A DNA stretch of 64,000 bases, taken from contig OZ024743.1 of NCBI GenBank assembly GCA_964016885.1, positions 104,160,001 to 104,224,000 on the forward strand, written 5' to 3'. This document shows, piece by piece, positions 25,436 to 37,353 of this stretch (its first letter is position 1; every line of letters begins with the position of its first letter). The notes beneath the pieces are model-generated. The model was not told where the DNA came from and ran no database searches. It saw nothing but the letters and a program-made list of their open reading frames with translations. The stretch is from Eledone cirrhosa. Its lineage: Eukaryota. A program made the translations under genes and the position numbers.

Positions 25436-26769
25436 TATATTTACTTATGATTTGTAATTATTTATGAAACTCGCCGATAAATCTTTCGATTTCTTTTTTT
25501 TTAAACATTCTTCGTGAATAATTAAACTACCCTAAAAGATGATGCTCCAAATATATCGAATAAATTTTACACTAGATAAACTTCTATAATAAATATAAGA
25601 CCATCTGTAGATCAAATGGGTATCCTAAACTTTTGGAATGATTTCTGCTAGACAGGATTTGGTGAATAATTTTGGTTTTGTTTGCTTTTGATTCTGATGC
25701 TTATAATGAACTTGGCAATATATTGTCAAATAAATTTGAAGGGTAGATTTCTGTGGTTGACTTGCGGGGCATACTATGTTTTATTTTTTAATACTTTTAA
25801 TATTTTTATTGATATATTGATATCTGTTGTCTATTTTATGCTTGAACGATAATCATGTAGAGTAAAGACAAGAATATTATTGTTAAAATTAATGTAGACT
25901 CTATATATATTTGTATGTACACATATATGTATACTAGAATTTTTATAGCACAATGAAAATTTTTTCATGTGAAATGGGAATTTGCAGAGTTGATCACGTA
26001 AATTCACATGGATGTCTATAGTATCGAATCTGGGATAACCTTCTATTTTCTCTTTCTTTTTTCATGTAAGTGCATATATACTTATGTATTTCAATTTTTT
26101 TTTTTTGAATTTTTTTTATCTCAGTTCTGATTATAAACCTAGGAATTTTAAACTAGACATATGATCATTATTTTTCACACATTATTGATACGTGTCTCAT
26201 TCATGAATACTGATATTTACATTATAATACCTAATTCATACGAATTGATATTTTAGATTGATGAAACAATGTTTTAAATCTGCCTCGTTTATCTCTGATA
26301 TTTTTCTTTTCTCTCTATGTAACGGCTGTTTTCTCTCCTAACCACATATATCTCTCTCTACCTTAATACTAGAACTAAATAAATAAATATATCATTGATA
26401 CATCATTCAACTGGTGCCCAACTACCTATTTTTCTCTCTCTATCTCTATCTATATCTATCTCTCTCTATTTTTTTCTCTCTCTCTCTTTTCTCTCTCTCT
26501 CTCTCTCTATCTATCTCCCTCTTTTTCTCTCTCTATCTATCTCTCTCTGTTTTTTCCTTACATGAATTTCTTCTCTCTATCTATCTCTCTATATCTATCT
26601 CTCTCTGTTTTTCGTTGCATGCATTTCTTCTTTTTCTTTGCTTTCTTTCTTTCTTTCTTTTTTTCTCTATAACTGTCCCTAACATTTTTCACTACCAAAT
26701 CAACTTTTTAAATGGAAGTTGAAGTGTAAGGTATGTCAAATCTATCTATTTATAAGACTGTTTATATTG

Positions 26770-26835
26770 TATTTTGTCTGATGAAGGCATACCATATTTT
26801 TAATATGATATCCCTGAAATATATATAATGAAATA
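26770..26835 (+). ncRNA. Type I hammerhead ribozyme motif in the Naiad-type pLTR
   Basis: tattttgt CTGATGA agg..catatt ttt aatatg..cct GAAA tatata TA atgaaata. Stem I is 8 bp; stem III is palindromic; AUA triplet. Confidence 0.75.
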
Positions 26836-26888
26836 AATATGGTTTTATAAATATAGTTTCCATTTATTTAATATCGTATATGTATATA

Positions 26889-26975
26889 TATATCTGACGA
26901 GATGTCAAAAAAGAGTTGGGGGCCGTCACCTTGATTTTTCCTTGAGCTGATCAATATCAAAACAATTGTAATATG
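26889..26975 (+). ncRNA. Hammerhead motif with one core mutation, in a second pLTR-like segment (26889-27145)
   Basis: tatat CTGACGA gatgt...atatc AAAAC aatt GTA atatg (G>A at a CpG). Downstream gcaacactga and agcattgagtgcttcaaatggc resemble the 936/44343 family. Confidence 0.6.
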
Positions 26976-27158
26976 CAAATAAAGTTTGTACATATGCTGC
27001 AACACTGACTTTGACTCTTTTAAATCTATTTATACTGCATACTACAGCCATAACTCTGGAATACAAGCGAAACAAAACAGACCTCTTAACAGCATTGAGT
27101 GCTTCAAATGGCGCACCGCCTGTAACTTTTGTTACACAACTAACATATATATATATAT

Positions 27159-27191
<33 letters not shown>

Positions 27192-27195
27192 AGTA

Positions 27196-27441
27196 GAAAG
27201 GGTATTTAATTTGTTGGAAGTCCGACAAATATAAATGTTTATAACTGATTTAGAGCACTCAACAGTTTACTGGAGCAAATATTCAATGATATTAAATAAA
27301 TGGAAACTATATTTATAAAACCATATTTATTTTATTATATATATTTCAAGGGCACCAAGATACATCAGATAAAATACAAAGTTTGTTTTATAAATAGAGA
27401 CATACCCATGAAAATCATACCTTATCGGTTGGAAATTCACT

Positions 27442-27445
<4 letters not shown>
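27196..27445 (-). mobile_element. Inverted copy of the Naiad-type pLTR with a degenerate HHR (27328-27377)
   Basis: 27289-27348 is the near-exact reverse complement of 26815-26875. The core reads CTGATGT...GAAAtatataTA. Confidence 0.7.
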
Positions 27446-27474
<29 letters not shown>

Positions 27475-28040
27475 AATTTTAGTACAGCATCAACGAAGCT
27501 TTTGGCAGCGGCCAAGCTAACGAATGCAGATTCAGAATGCAGCTTAGCACTTGATGGAGAATATTACCCCAGAGTTATAACAATACGTTTAGGCAGCTTT
27601 GCAAATCAAATATAGCGACTGACAGTCTGGCCACATTGCCATAGCAACGAAAAAAACTGAACTCTGGAAAAAAAAAAAAAATATATATATACACATATAT
27701 ATGTATATGTGTGTGTGTGTATTTTTCTGGTTCTCTCTAAAGATGATCTCAGGGAAATACCTTTGGAAAATGTAAATAGGATAAAAACAAATTGAATATA
27801 TTTTCTCACAGAATAGTTACTGTGTTTATTAGTTAAGTGGCTTTTATAGACCTGTTTTTTTTTTTTAAGTAGCAATACCAGCAGATATGGCACACATACA
27901 CACTCTGTCTGAGTGTCTCTCTCTCTCTCTCTCTCTGCAGTTATGTATGTATTATCAATAAGTATGGAAATACCTTTGTGAATATTATGTTTTATGATAT
28001 AGTATGTTGATGGAAGTGACTGTGTGGGTGTGAGTGTCTG

Positions 28041-28090
<50 letters not shown>

Positions 28091-28630
28091 AATGTATCTT
28101 GAATATCGAGTTTGAAACATGAGTGTATTAGAATTCCTATAGCGATTGGAAGAACTCAGTGCAAGGAAGCTGTTAAAACAGCAAAGTGCCGTCAATGGTG
28201 GCGTCGGCTAAAATTTACCTTAAAGGATAGAAATCAGTGGCTAGAAGTGTGTTGGCTCGTAGAAGTGATAGGAAGAAATGAGAAGGGGGTAAAATAGATG
28301 AGAGGGGGCCTCACAAACATTAAATTTTCTCATCAGCTTTTTAGACCATCTGTGGTTTTGATGATTTAACTAAAAGGACCATATAAGATAGATGGCTCAT
28401 AACAACGGATATATCTCTGTTGGTATAATGTTTGTGGGAGAAACAATTAGATTGATAGGTTGACGGACTTCATTCTTCTCTCTCTCTGACCTATACCTTC
28501 ACACACATTCAGAAGATATATGAAAGTATATGAAATAAATTTATGTATAAAAAACATACATATGCTTTGCTGTTGGTATTTTAAGCTGTGATCATGTATG
28601 TCACAGCTAGCTCAGTAGCCATGTAAGAAT

Positions 28631-28882
28631 GCCAGAGTCTAGTATTTCAAGGATTTTATCCATCTTCAGTGATGTTTACTCCCTTGATACTAAAGCAAAA
28701 TAAGCTGATAGCTTTTATAGATTTTTGCAAATATATTTATGGATATGCTCATTTGCAAATGAACATTTCCATAAATGTATTGTTTGCAAAAATTTATATA
28801 CAAACTATTGGCTTATTCTGCCTCAGTATCAAGTGAAACGCCACTGATGATGGATAAAAATCCTGAAACATTAGTATTAGCT
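28631..28882. repeat. Old fold-back palindrome with a degenerate hammerhead at each end
   Basis: Centre catttg|caaatg at ~28755. Plus arm: gcca CTGATGA tggataaaaatcct GAAAC atta GTA. Minus arm: ca CTGAAGA tggataaaatcctt GAAA tactagac TC tggc. Confidence 0.7.
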
Positions 28883-28889
28883 GCTCTCA

Positions 28890-29765
28890 TAAAGGAAAAG
28901 CAAAAATCAACTTTGGCAGAATTCTCAGCTCTTTAATTCTCATGAGAACCATATGTGAATGCCTGAAGACTAAGCATGCAAATCTGATGAGGATTATGGA
29001 GAGATTACACCTCATCAATGTGCACCCAGCACTCTTCCTCCTGAGGAACTGATTTGCTCTCCCCAAATTTCTCTTTGTGTTACACGGTGTGCTTTGCCAC
29101 CTTCTGTCAATTGACTCGTCAAACTCGATACCACCATCTGATGCTGTGCTAAACTCATCTGCAATATTTGCTTCAACAGTGCTAGTTGGCAACAGGTGAA
29201 ACCCTCTGTGAAATTTAGTGTCCTCAACCTCCAATCCACTCTTGATTTGGCACTGCCGGCCTATCTCTCCTCAATCTCCTCCAGCCACACCCTCATCAAC
29301 GAAATTTTCCACAAGATAACAGAACCTGATGTGGTCTGAGAACTGGAGTCAGCCCTAGCTGATTGGCCTGATGAAGGCCTTGCCATTTTCTAATGAATGT
29401 ACCGATGTCCAACGCAACTCGGTCAATGTCAAGTGTAAGTCCATCTTCAGGTGGATCAAGAATTCCTTGGATCAATGTCAGCTTGCCTGCTTATGCTCTA
29501 CCTCACAACCAAACAGTGGCACTTGGCTACATTCAGTGCCTTCCTCATCAACTGGTACCCTTCTTGATAAGGGGAGCGCACCTGAATTGGAATGGCACAG
29601 AGCCTTGGCCTTTGTGTGTGTGAGCCACACAGATGCCATTGTGGAACAGTGGTTGACGAGTTCAGTCTGCACATGTTATCTTGCCACCTGAGGCCAGCTC
29701 CCCCATCACATTGCTCTGAATGACATTATCAGAAGGAGCCTCAATGCAGTTGGTTTCCCTTCACT
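28890..29765 (+). pseudogene. Decayed CRE-like (restriction-like endonuclease clade) non-LTR retrotransposon fragment
   Basis: Remnants RLHLINVHPALFLLRN.FALPK, LALPAYLSS, SGTWLHSVPSSSTGTLLD, LGLCVCEPHRCHCGTVVDEFSLHMLSC, NDIIRRSL. Confidence 0.65.
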
Positions 29766-29845
29766 ACTACAACTACTACTACTACTACTACTACTACTGC
29801 AATTACAACTACTACTACTACTACAATTACTACTACTACTACAAT

Positions 29846-29886
<41 letters not shown>

Positions 29887-29917
29887 TTACTACTACTACT
29901 ACTACTACTACAACAAT

Positions 29918-29948
<31 letters not shown>

Positions 29949-30125
29949 GCAATTACAACTACTACTACAATTACTACTACTACTACAATTACTACTACTA
30001 CTACTACTACTACTACAATTACTACTAATACTACAATTACTACTACTACTACTACAATTACTACTACTACTACTACTACTACAATTACTACTACTACTAC
30101 TACTACTACTACAATTACTACTATT
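29762..30125. repeat. (TAC)n microsatellite with AAT interruptions
   Basis: Read directly. Confidence 0.95.
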
Positions 30126-31244
30126 TTAAATTATACAGTTTTTGTATCATAAAACCAGGGTTATATTCAGGTGCTTAGCACACCGTAGTGGTTGAGCAGA
30201 AATATCTAAAAATATGTTTGTTAATTCAAATGTGTATAGTGTATCTTTACTACTAGTGGACAGATAGTTGTGAAAACTTGCAGTATTATCTCTTAACATC
30301 CTGTAATATTTTTGAAAATAACTAAAAACAGGTGTGTTAATTCAAATGTTTATAACATCTTTACTACTATTGAACAGATTGTGAAAATTTGCAGTAAACT
30401 AAAATAAAGAATTTAATTTTTAATGGGATGCAGTCATGTGTTGTTTTGTAGTTTTCAAAAATGTCCTGCTAATGTGACTTGATGAGGTACAGGATGTTAA
30501 AAGTCAAAGTTGTACAAAATGAGAAAGGGATGTACGTCAAAGAATGTGGCTGAATATTACAGATGTTATGTATATTGAATAAAGGCAGTGAATTGGCAGA
30601 ATCGTTAGAACATCAGATAGAATGCTTTATAGTATTTGTTCTAGCTCTCTGCACTCTTGTGTTCAAAACCAGTTCAGGTTGATTTGCCTTTCATCCTTTT
30701 GAGGTTAAAAAAAAAGTACTAGTTCAATGGTGGTGCCCCAGAATGACCTCAGCCTCTCAGCTGGAACACATAATAGAGTAATGATAGAGTCCAGTGTTGG
30801 GGTTGATTCCTCCTCTATATTTCTTTCTATAGAATAAATCAACTATGTTTAGACCTGGAGAGGAGATGGGCTCTGCCGGGTTTAAAATGCCTAAACATGC
30901 TGTATTTCACTACAGTGTCCCTATGACTCCACCAAGGGTTGCATGTTCATACATACATACATACATACATACATACATACATACATACATACATACATAC
31001 ATACATACATACATACATACATACATGTATATTGAATATGTGGGTGGCTGCATTGATTTGGAAAGGAGATCCGAAAAAAAAAAAAGATAAAACTTAGATT
31101 ATAGTGATTATTAGGCTACACTAATGAGATGACAAAGAATGAAGAGGAAGGGCATTACGTGCGTTTTCAACTGCAGAACAATCCAAAGTGTGACAGCATA
31201 GGAAATTATATAATAAAATGAGGATGATATTAATTGTTGCATTA

Positions 31245-31635
31245 GTGGTGGAGGTGGGGAGGTAGTTGTAGTGGTGGTGGCTGTAATGGTGTTGTTGGTG
31301 GTGGTGGTACTGGTGTTGCTGGTAGTGGCATTGGTGGTAGTGTTGGTAGTGGTTTTGTTGATGATGGTGGGAGTGGTGTTGTTGTTGGTGGTAGTGGTAC
31401 TGGTGGTAGTGTTGGTAGTGGCATTGTTGTTGATGATGATGGTGGTGGTGGTGGTGGTGTTAGTAGGGGTTCTATTGTTGTTTGTCATGGTGATGATGGT
31501 GGTGGTGGTGTTGGTAGTGGCATTGTTGTTGATGATGATGATGGTGGTGGTGGTGGTGTTAGTAGGGGTGCTATTGTTGTTTGTCATGGTGATGATGGTG
31601 GTGGTAGTGTTGGTAGTGGCATTGTTGTTGATGAT
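31245..31635. repeat. GT-rich trinucleotide low-complexity tract with a ~100-bp internal duplication
   Basis: Read directly. Confidence 0.8.
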
Positions 31636-32124
31636 AACATATATATATATATCATTTCATCATCATCATTTCATTTTACGTCCACTTTTCCCTGCTTGCA
31701 AGGGTGGGACGGGAACTGATTCTGGCTTGATTTCTACAGCTGGATGCCCTTCCTAACACCAACCTCATTTACAGTGAGTGGTGGGTGCTTTTTTACCGTG
31801 GCGCCTACATGTCCACTTTACAGTGTGGGCTGGGTGCTTTTTTGCCGTGTCACCTCCATGACCACTTTGCAGTGGAATGATAGGGACCCCAGTCTTTCTT
31901 TTAATTACATGTTGGCGTGTGCTGTCCTAGATTCTCTGCACAGAGAACAAAAATGACTGAATAATCACAACTGGAATGCTTTTGATCTTATGTTTACTTG
32001 ATTAGGGTTGACCCTGCCTGCTATATAATAACAACCACAAAAGATAAGGTGGGCATTTTATCAAATATTACACATAAACACACACACACTTAGAAATTAT
32101 ATACATACATACATTTCGAATAAT

Positions 32125-32620
32125 GTCATTGCTTGATACTTAAGCATGAGCATCACAGACGTGGGTTTTTTAGTCCTGCTAGGCACTTGCATAGCAAAAA
32201 TGTCACGTATCAAGCAATGCCTGTGCTTGAAGCTTTTTTAAGTGAGGAAAGGCTCTGCACAGGGCCAATCCCATTCTCTGAACATTGAATGTGTTTACAC
32301 AAAAAGTAGAACTATATCATTGGAAGCAAACAAAGTCACAGGTTTTATATCAGAGTGACCTTCTCCTAGAGAGATGTCTTAATGAAGACTAGGAGTCTCT
32401 CGCTCTACGAAAAAAAAAAAACTTTATTGGATGGCCGTTGACTCTCCTGAATTCCTCCGCCATTTGATGGGTTTTGTTTTTTCATGCCACAGGGTGTCCC
32501 AAATCCTCCTCCTCACCAAGCAAGCTTGGTGGGGTTGTCAGTTTAGTTGCCAACGACCTGACCATGCACAGGTTGTACTAGGCCACATGTTACCAGTAGC
32601 GCTGTAGAGCAACCTGACAT
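32125..32620 (-). mobile_element. RTE-5'UTR-derived non-autonomous element of a related family. Fragments also at ~15255-15495 and 43015-43140
   Basis: Colinear with 55880-56280 (ccttctcctaga, ctcctcaccaag, ggttgtact..acatgttaccagtagc, acctgacat) but with a different 3' part. Confidence 0.55.
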
Positions 32621-34955
32621 ATTGTCATCATCATCATTATTTAGCATATATAAACAGTTTTCGAAAATCACCAAAGTTATTTCAGTGACCTCCAGCCATG
32701 ATGCACTCACTCAATGAGACAATAAGCTTGTAGTTGTGAAACTGCATCATAAGATTCAGAGTGCACACCTTATAGTTATTGAGTGAGTACAGTGGCAGTG
32801 TTTTGGTAAACATACCTCATATATCCAACTCTTGGATGGAGTCTGTTTCTATGCAATATTCCACCTACATTAAAAGTTATTAAAACTGCAATATTTAGAA
32901 AGTTGTTCTTCTTTTGGAACAATTCTAGTTACAGGGAGTTAATATATTATAGAGCTCACACACACACACACACACACAAACATACACACAATCACTGGCA
33001 CACACACTGAAACAGGAAAAAACAATAACACCCACTCACACACTTGACATATACACATGTACACACTGAAACACAAACACTAACTCACACACACTGTCTC
33101 AGACAAACACATACATAGGCACTTACTGACATACACACACACACACACTCATATAAACATCAACACATTATCAATGGCCATCTTTCAGATAAACCGTAAT
33201 GGTTGATAACGTTTTTGAAATTTCAATTTTTATCATTTCCTATTTTCTCACAGAAATTACATACCCTGCTCCTCCTCTTCCTCCTCCTTCTCCTCCTCAT
33301 CACCACCACTACCACCACCGCCACCAACATCATCATGATTTAATGTCCAACATTTTTCCACTTTCACACACACACACACACACACACAAAACAAAACAAA
33401 CAAAAACACATAAGCAAAATGAATAAATATTAAAACAAAAATGCTTAAAATATCATAAAATACAAAGAAAAACATCATAAAATCTGGCATTTCACAACTT
33501 TCACATATAAATTTCTCTCTGTTACCTTTAAGTGAAATCACATATCTGTTATATATTTATAAGCTTAAATATTATTATTTTTATTTTTATTATTATTATT
33601 ATTGTTGTTATTATTACTCAAACTATAATGATTACTATAATAAAAAGTAAATTGTAGTAGTAGTAGTAGTGGTAGTGGTAGCAAGAAGATATTTGCTATG
33701 AATAGTAATATTTCACAGAGTTCCATATAGAGGGTATTTTCTCCCAGGATTACATCATCGACATCAACTGATGATGATAATGATTTTATGGGGTTTTTTC
33801 CACAAGTGACTTTCGAATGCCTCCTCCCTATTGAGGAATCCCTTTTGTTTTAATTCTTATTGTTATCTTTCTTTTTTAACATTGTTAAAATTTGTTTACA
33901 TTCAAACTCTACACACATACGCACACTCTATGTTTTTATCATGCGCTGTCTTAATGTTTTTATTGATGTAAACCCTTTGTAGTTAATTTCCTCTTCAGTG
34001 ACATTCTCATCAACTTTTACAGGTTTCATACGAAAAGGAAATTCAGTGGGGAAAGGGAAGTGCTGCCTTTAGGTCAGTGTGTTGAAGGGCAAGAATGGCC
34101 CATGTTAATGGGCCTGCCCTGAGCATGTGCCTCTAGTATTGTAGGAGGAAAACTGAAAGAGGGCACTTACCCTAACAATCAGGGTGGCTTTTGTGGTCTT
34201 TCACCATGAGTAACCCTTGTGGTCTCCCCCCTATTGGGGATTTTTTCGTTTGTTTCCATTTTTTTGTGACATCTTTTGTTTTTGTTTCCTTTTGTTTTAC
34301 ATACAGAAACCCATATTTGTACTGTCCTCTGCTGTCCTAAATATATTTTCTTTGTAAACCCTTTGTGGTTAATAAAGAAATTATTATTATTATTGGCTGT
34401 ATCGGTAGAATGTCAGACACCATGCATTGCAGGATAGAGTTATGGCCCTTTACATTCTGAGTTCAAATCTGGCGGGGTTAACTTTGCCTTTCATCCTTAC
34501 GGGGTCGATAAAATAAAGCACCAGTAATGCACTGGGGTCATTGCTGGCCTTGTGCCAAAAGTAGAAACAATTATTATTATTATTATTATTATTATGGTGA
34601 TGATGACAATGATGATGTTGGTTCAGTATCATTTAATGAAGGTATTTAACAACAACTCCAACAGCAACAACCACAACAGCACTTCATATATATATGAAGT
34701 TGTGTATTACAACCACTCATCAGACATATATCAGTGCTACCTACGAAACTACTTGTCTCATACAATCCAACTAAAACATGTATTAAAATATGTAACTTAA
34801 CCCTGTTTACATATATAACTTACCCCTATGTATAAGATCATGCTCAAATAACTATATCTATTAAAAGATTTATGTACCTATTATACATTAATCTATCTAT
34901 CTACCTATTTATCTATGAATGTATGATATATTCCCCCTACCTACACACACACATA

Positions 34956-35162
34956 CATATTATAGTTATTATCTTCAACACACAAGGGTTGCTAGCTTTC
35001 GTTTCAAACTGTGCATGTGGTTTAGATTATGCATTTGCACATCCAAATGCGTAGTTTTCATTCCTGGATGAAAACTATGCATGTGGAAATGCAGATGCCA
35101 CATACACAGTTGGAAGCGAATGGTAGCAACCCTTGTGTGTTGAAGATAATAACTATAATATG
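34956..35162. repeat. Fold-back palindromic element of ~205 bp
   Basis: Outer ~40 bp perfect (catattatagttattatcttcaacacacaagggttgcta); imperfect pairing continues to the centre at ttttcattcctggatgaaaa. Confidence 0.85.
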
Positions 35163-35647
35163 GATTTACCATTGTGCTTAGGTGTGCTTTATAACAGGTG
35201 TGCTTAGGTGTGCTTATATGTGCTTTATATATTTATAACAGGAGAGAATTTGCTTAAGACACCAAAGGACCAGGTACTAGTACTAATCCATATGATGGAT
35301 AAATCTTCCTCCAAAGTGAGACACACCAAGATTTGAATATAGAATGCAGAGAGCTGTTACAAATAAAACATGGCATCCTGTTTGACAATCAGATGATGCT
35401 ACAAGACCCTTGCGTGAGACTGGTATTTTATTTATTGACACTGGAAAGATGAAAGGCAAAGTTGACCTTGGTGGGATTCGAACTCAGAGCCCAGAAAGCT
35501 TTAGTGAATACCACAAAGCATTCTAGTTAATGTTCTAATGACTCTGTCAATTTGCTGCCTACAATCAACTACTCCCTACTCTAAAAACTGGCCATGAGTT
35601 GATACTGGAAATCAATATGTATGTATAGACCTATAAAGTTGTAGGGG

Positions 35648-36435
35648 TATAACGGTGGCGAAGATTCGAAAAACCGAATCTGAGCTTTCCCGCCTCTGGG
35701 ACAAGCCGTGGTTAATTGTTTACCCCCAGCAGACCAACCCCTTGGGAGATGCTAAACACAGGTCAGATGTTGTTTACGCCTGGCAAAAAAAGAGGTCAGA
35801 TATATCCATCCTTCTAAGTTGTTTACGCCCAGCAGACCAACCCCTTGGGAGATTCTAACCAAAGGTCAGAGGATATATCTATCCTTCTAACTTCAACCCT
35901 TATAAATACAGGGGTTGTTTATGCTCCGCCAGAAAAAGTGATACCACAGACAAGAACAGACATTTATCCTACTCTGTCAAATCTCCCTTCACGAAAAACG
36001 TCTGTCCACTATTTTCTCAAACACCTTACATGTCAGGCTGAGTGATTACTACTACTGCTAAAACAAGAAAGTATACTAATACGCACACACGCACACATAG
36101 TAAGTTCACACTGTTTTCATTTCACACGCACCATTTCTGTTTGTCAGATTGTATCTTTCAGATACAATACAATTATATTACAATCGTATTCTGTGATACT
36201 TAATTATATTATAACCATATTCCATGATACAATAAGTAGGTGGCTCGAAGAGACACCTACTTATTGTACGAATATTTCATGTTATAGATTTTATCATTCA
36301 ATATTCAAATTGAATATTGTTATAATAAAATAAACTTTGTAACAACACAATCCTGGTATTATTCTTTGCATTGAAACCATCATACCAACAATTCCATCTA
36401 TTCACTTATCCGTTACAACTGGATTATTCGCTACA
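35648..36435 (+). repeat. 5' LTR
   Basis: TATAACGG...CGCTACA; direct repeat of 40837-41577. Confidence 0.92.
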
Positions 36436-36488
36436 ACTGGTGATCCCATGAAACAGACACACAACCTTCTGATTATTTACTACAAACG

Positions 36489-37353
36489 ATGTCCCTAACA
36501 CATGACGATTCATCTACGGCAGAAATGGCAGTCCGGGCAGTGTTTACATTAAGGATACCACCATTCTGGGTGCACGATCCAACACTGTGGTTCGCGCACA
36601 TCAAAGCGCAGTTCGCATCGAACCGGATCGTTAGCGAGGCATCTCGTCTCACACATGTCGTTGGTTCGATGTCTCCGGAGATTATGAATGAGGTTCGAGG
36701 CCTCATTTTAGCACCACCTGGCTCTGTGTCATATGACACATTTAAAACGACGTTAATTAAGAGGACATCGGAGTCACAGCAGAAGCGCTTGCACCAGCTT
36801 CTCATATCGGAGGAATTAGGAGATAAAAAGCCGACGCAACTCCTACAGCGAATGAAGCAGCTCCCGGGAGAACATAAACTCCTGGACGAAATTTTCAAGC
36901 AACTCTTCCTCCAGCGTTTGCCTTCTGCCACACAAGTTGTCTTAGCCTCCACCAGGGAGTCCACCACCATTGAAGAACTCGCCGAGCTGGCAGATAAGAT
37001 CCTGGAGGTACCACATCCACACTCAACTTTAGCGAATGTGACGCCAGCCTTTCCTTCAGCCCTCCAGTGCCACAGAGATGCCCGATCTACACCAGTTACT
37101 GGCACAGCAAGCAACACAAATACAGGCCTTGATGCAACAAATTCAGGCCTTGTCACTAGGTAACCCTGCCACACATCGGTCTAACAGTCGAACTCGCCGA
37201 TTTGGTGGTCGCTCAAGAAGTCCGAGCGCATGCCGTGATTCACCAGAAATGTGTTGGTACCATCAAAAATTTGGAAGACGGGCGCGCATGTGCAGCCATC
37301 CCTGTTCATTTGTTTTGATGTCGAATCAGGGAAATGACACAGCCAGAAACTGA
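36489..37353 (+). pseudogene. gag: gag (frameshifted)
   Basis: LRIPPFWVHDPTLWFAHIKAQF, ELGDKKPTQLL, LFLQRLP, ELAELAD, CWYHQKFGRRARMCSHPC. Confidence 0.9.

Larger units (their letters stand above)
24072..26880 (+). mobile_element. 5'-truncated Penelope-like element, Naiad-type, with a short inverted pLTR piece at the 5' end and an HHR-bearing pLTR at the 3' end
   Basis: RT plus GIY-YIG ORF at 24170-25435; HHR at 26770-26835; 24072-24155 resembles 27196-27275 (inverted pLTR end); (TA)n on both sides. Confidence 0.85.

Noticed and set aside
25440-25500. SECIS element after the Naiad-type ORF (ATGA...AAA...GA)
   Set aside because: Helix II pairing is poor by eye and the visible ORF has no in-frame TGA; SECISearch would be needed.
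33768-33780. Isolated CTGATGA matches (also ~17720, 29368, 53705, 54661, 57710, 63944)
   Set aside because: No stem II/GAAA/NUH arrangement follows them.
36473-37174. Antisense ORFs over gag/pol and over the RTE (e.g. 62160-62789)
   Set aside because: They are shadow frames of retroelement coding sequence.
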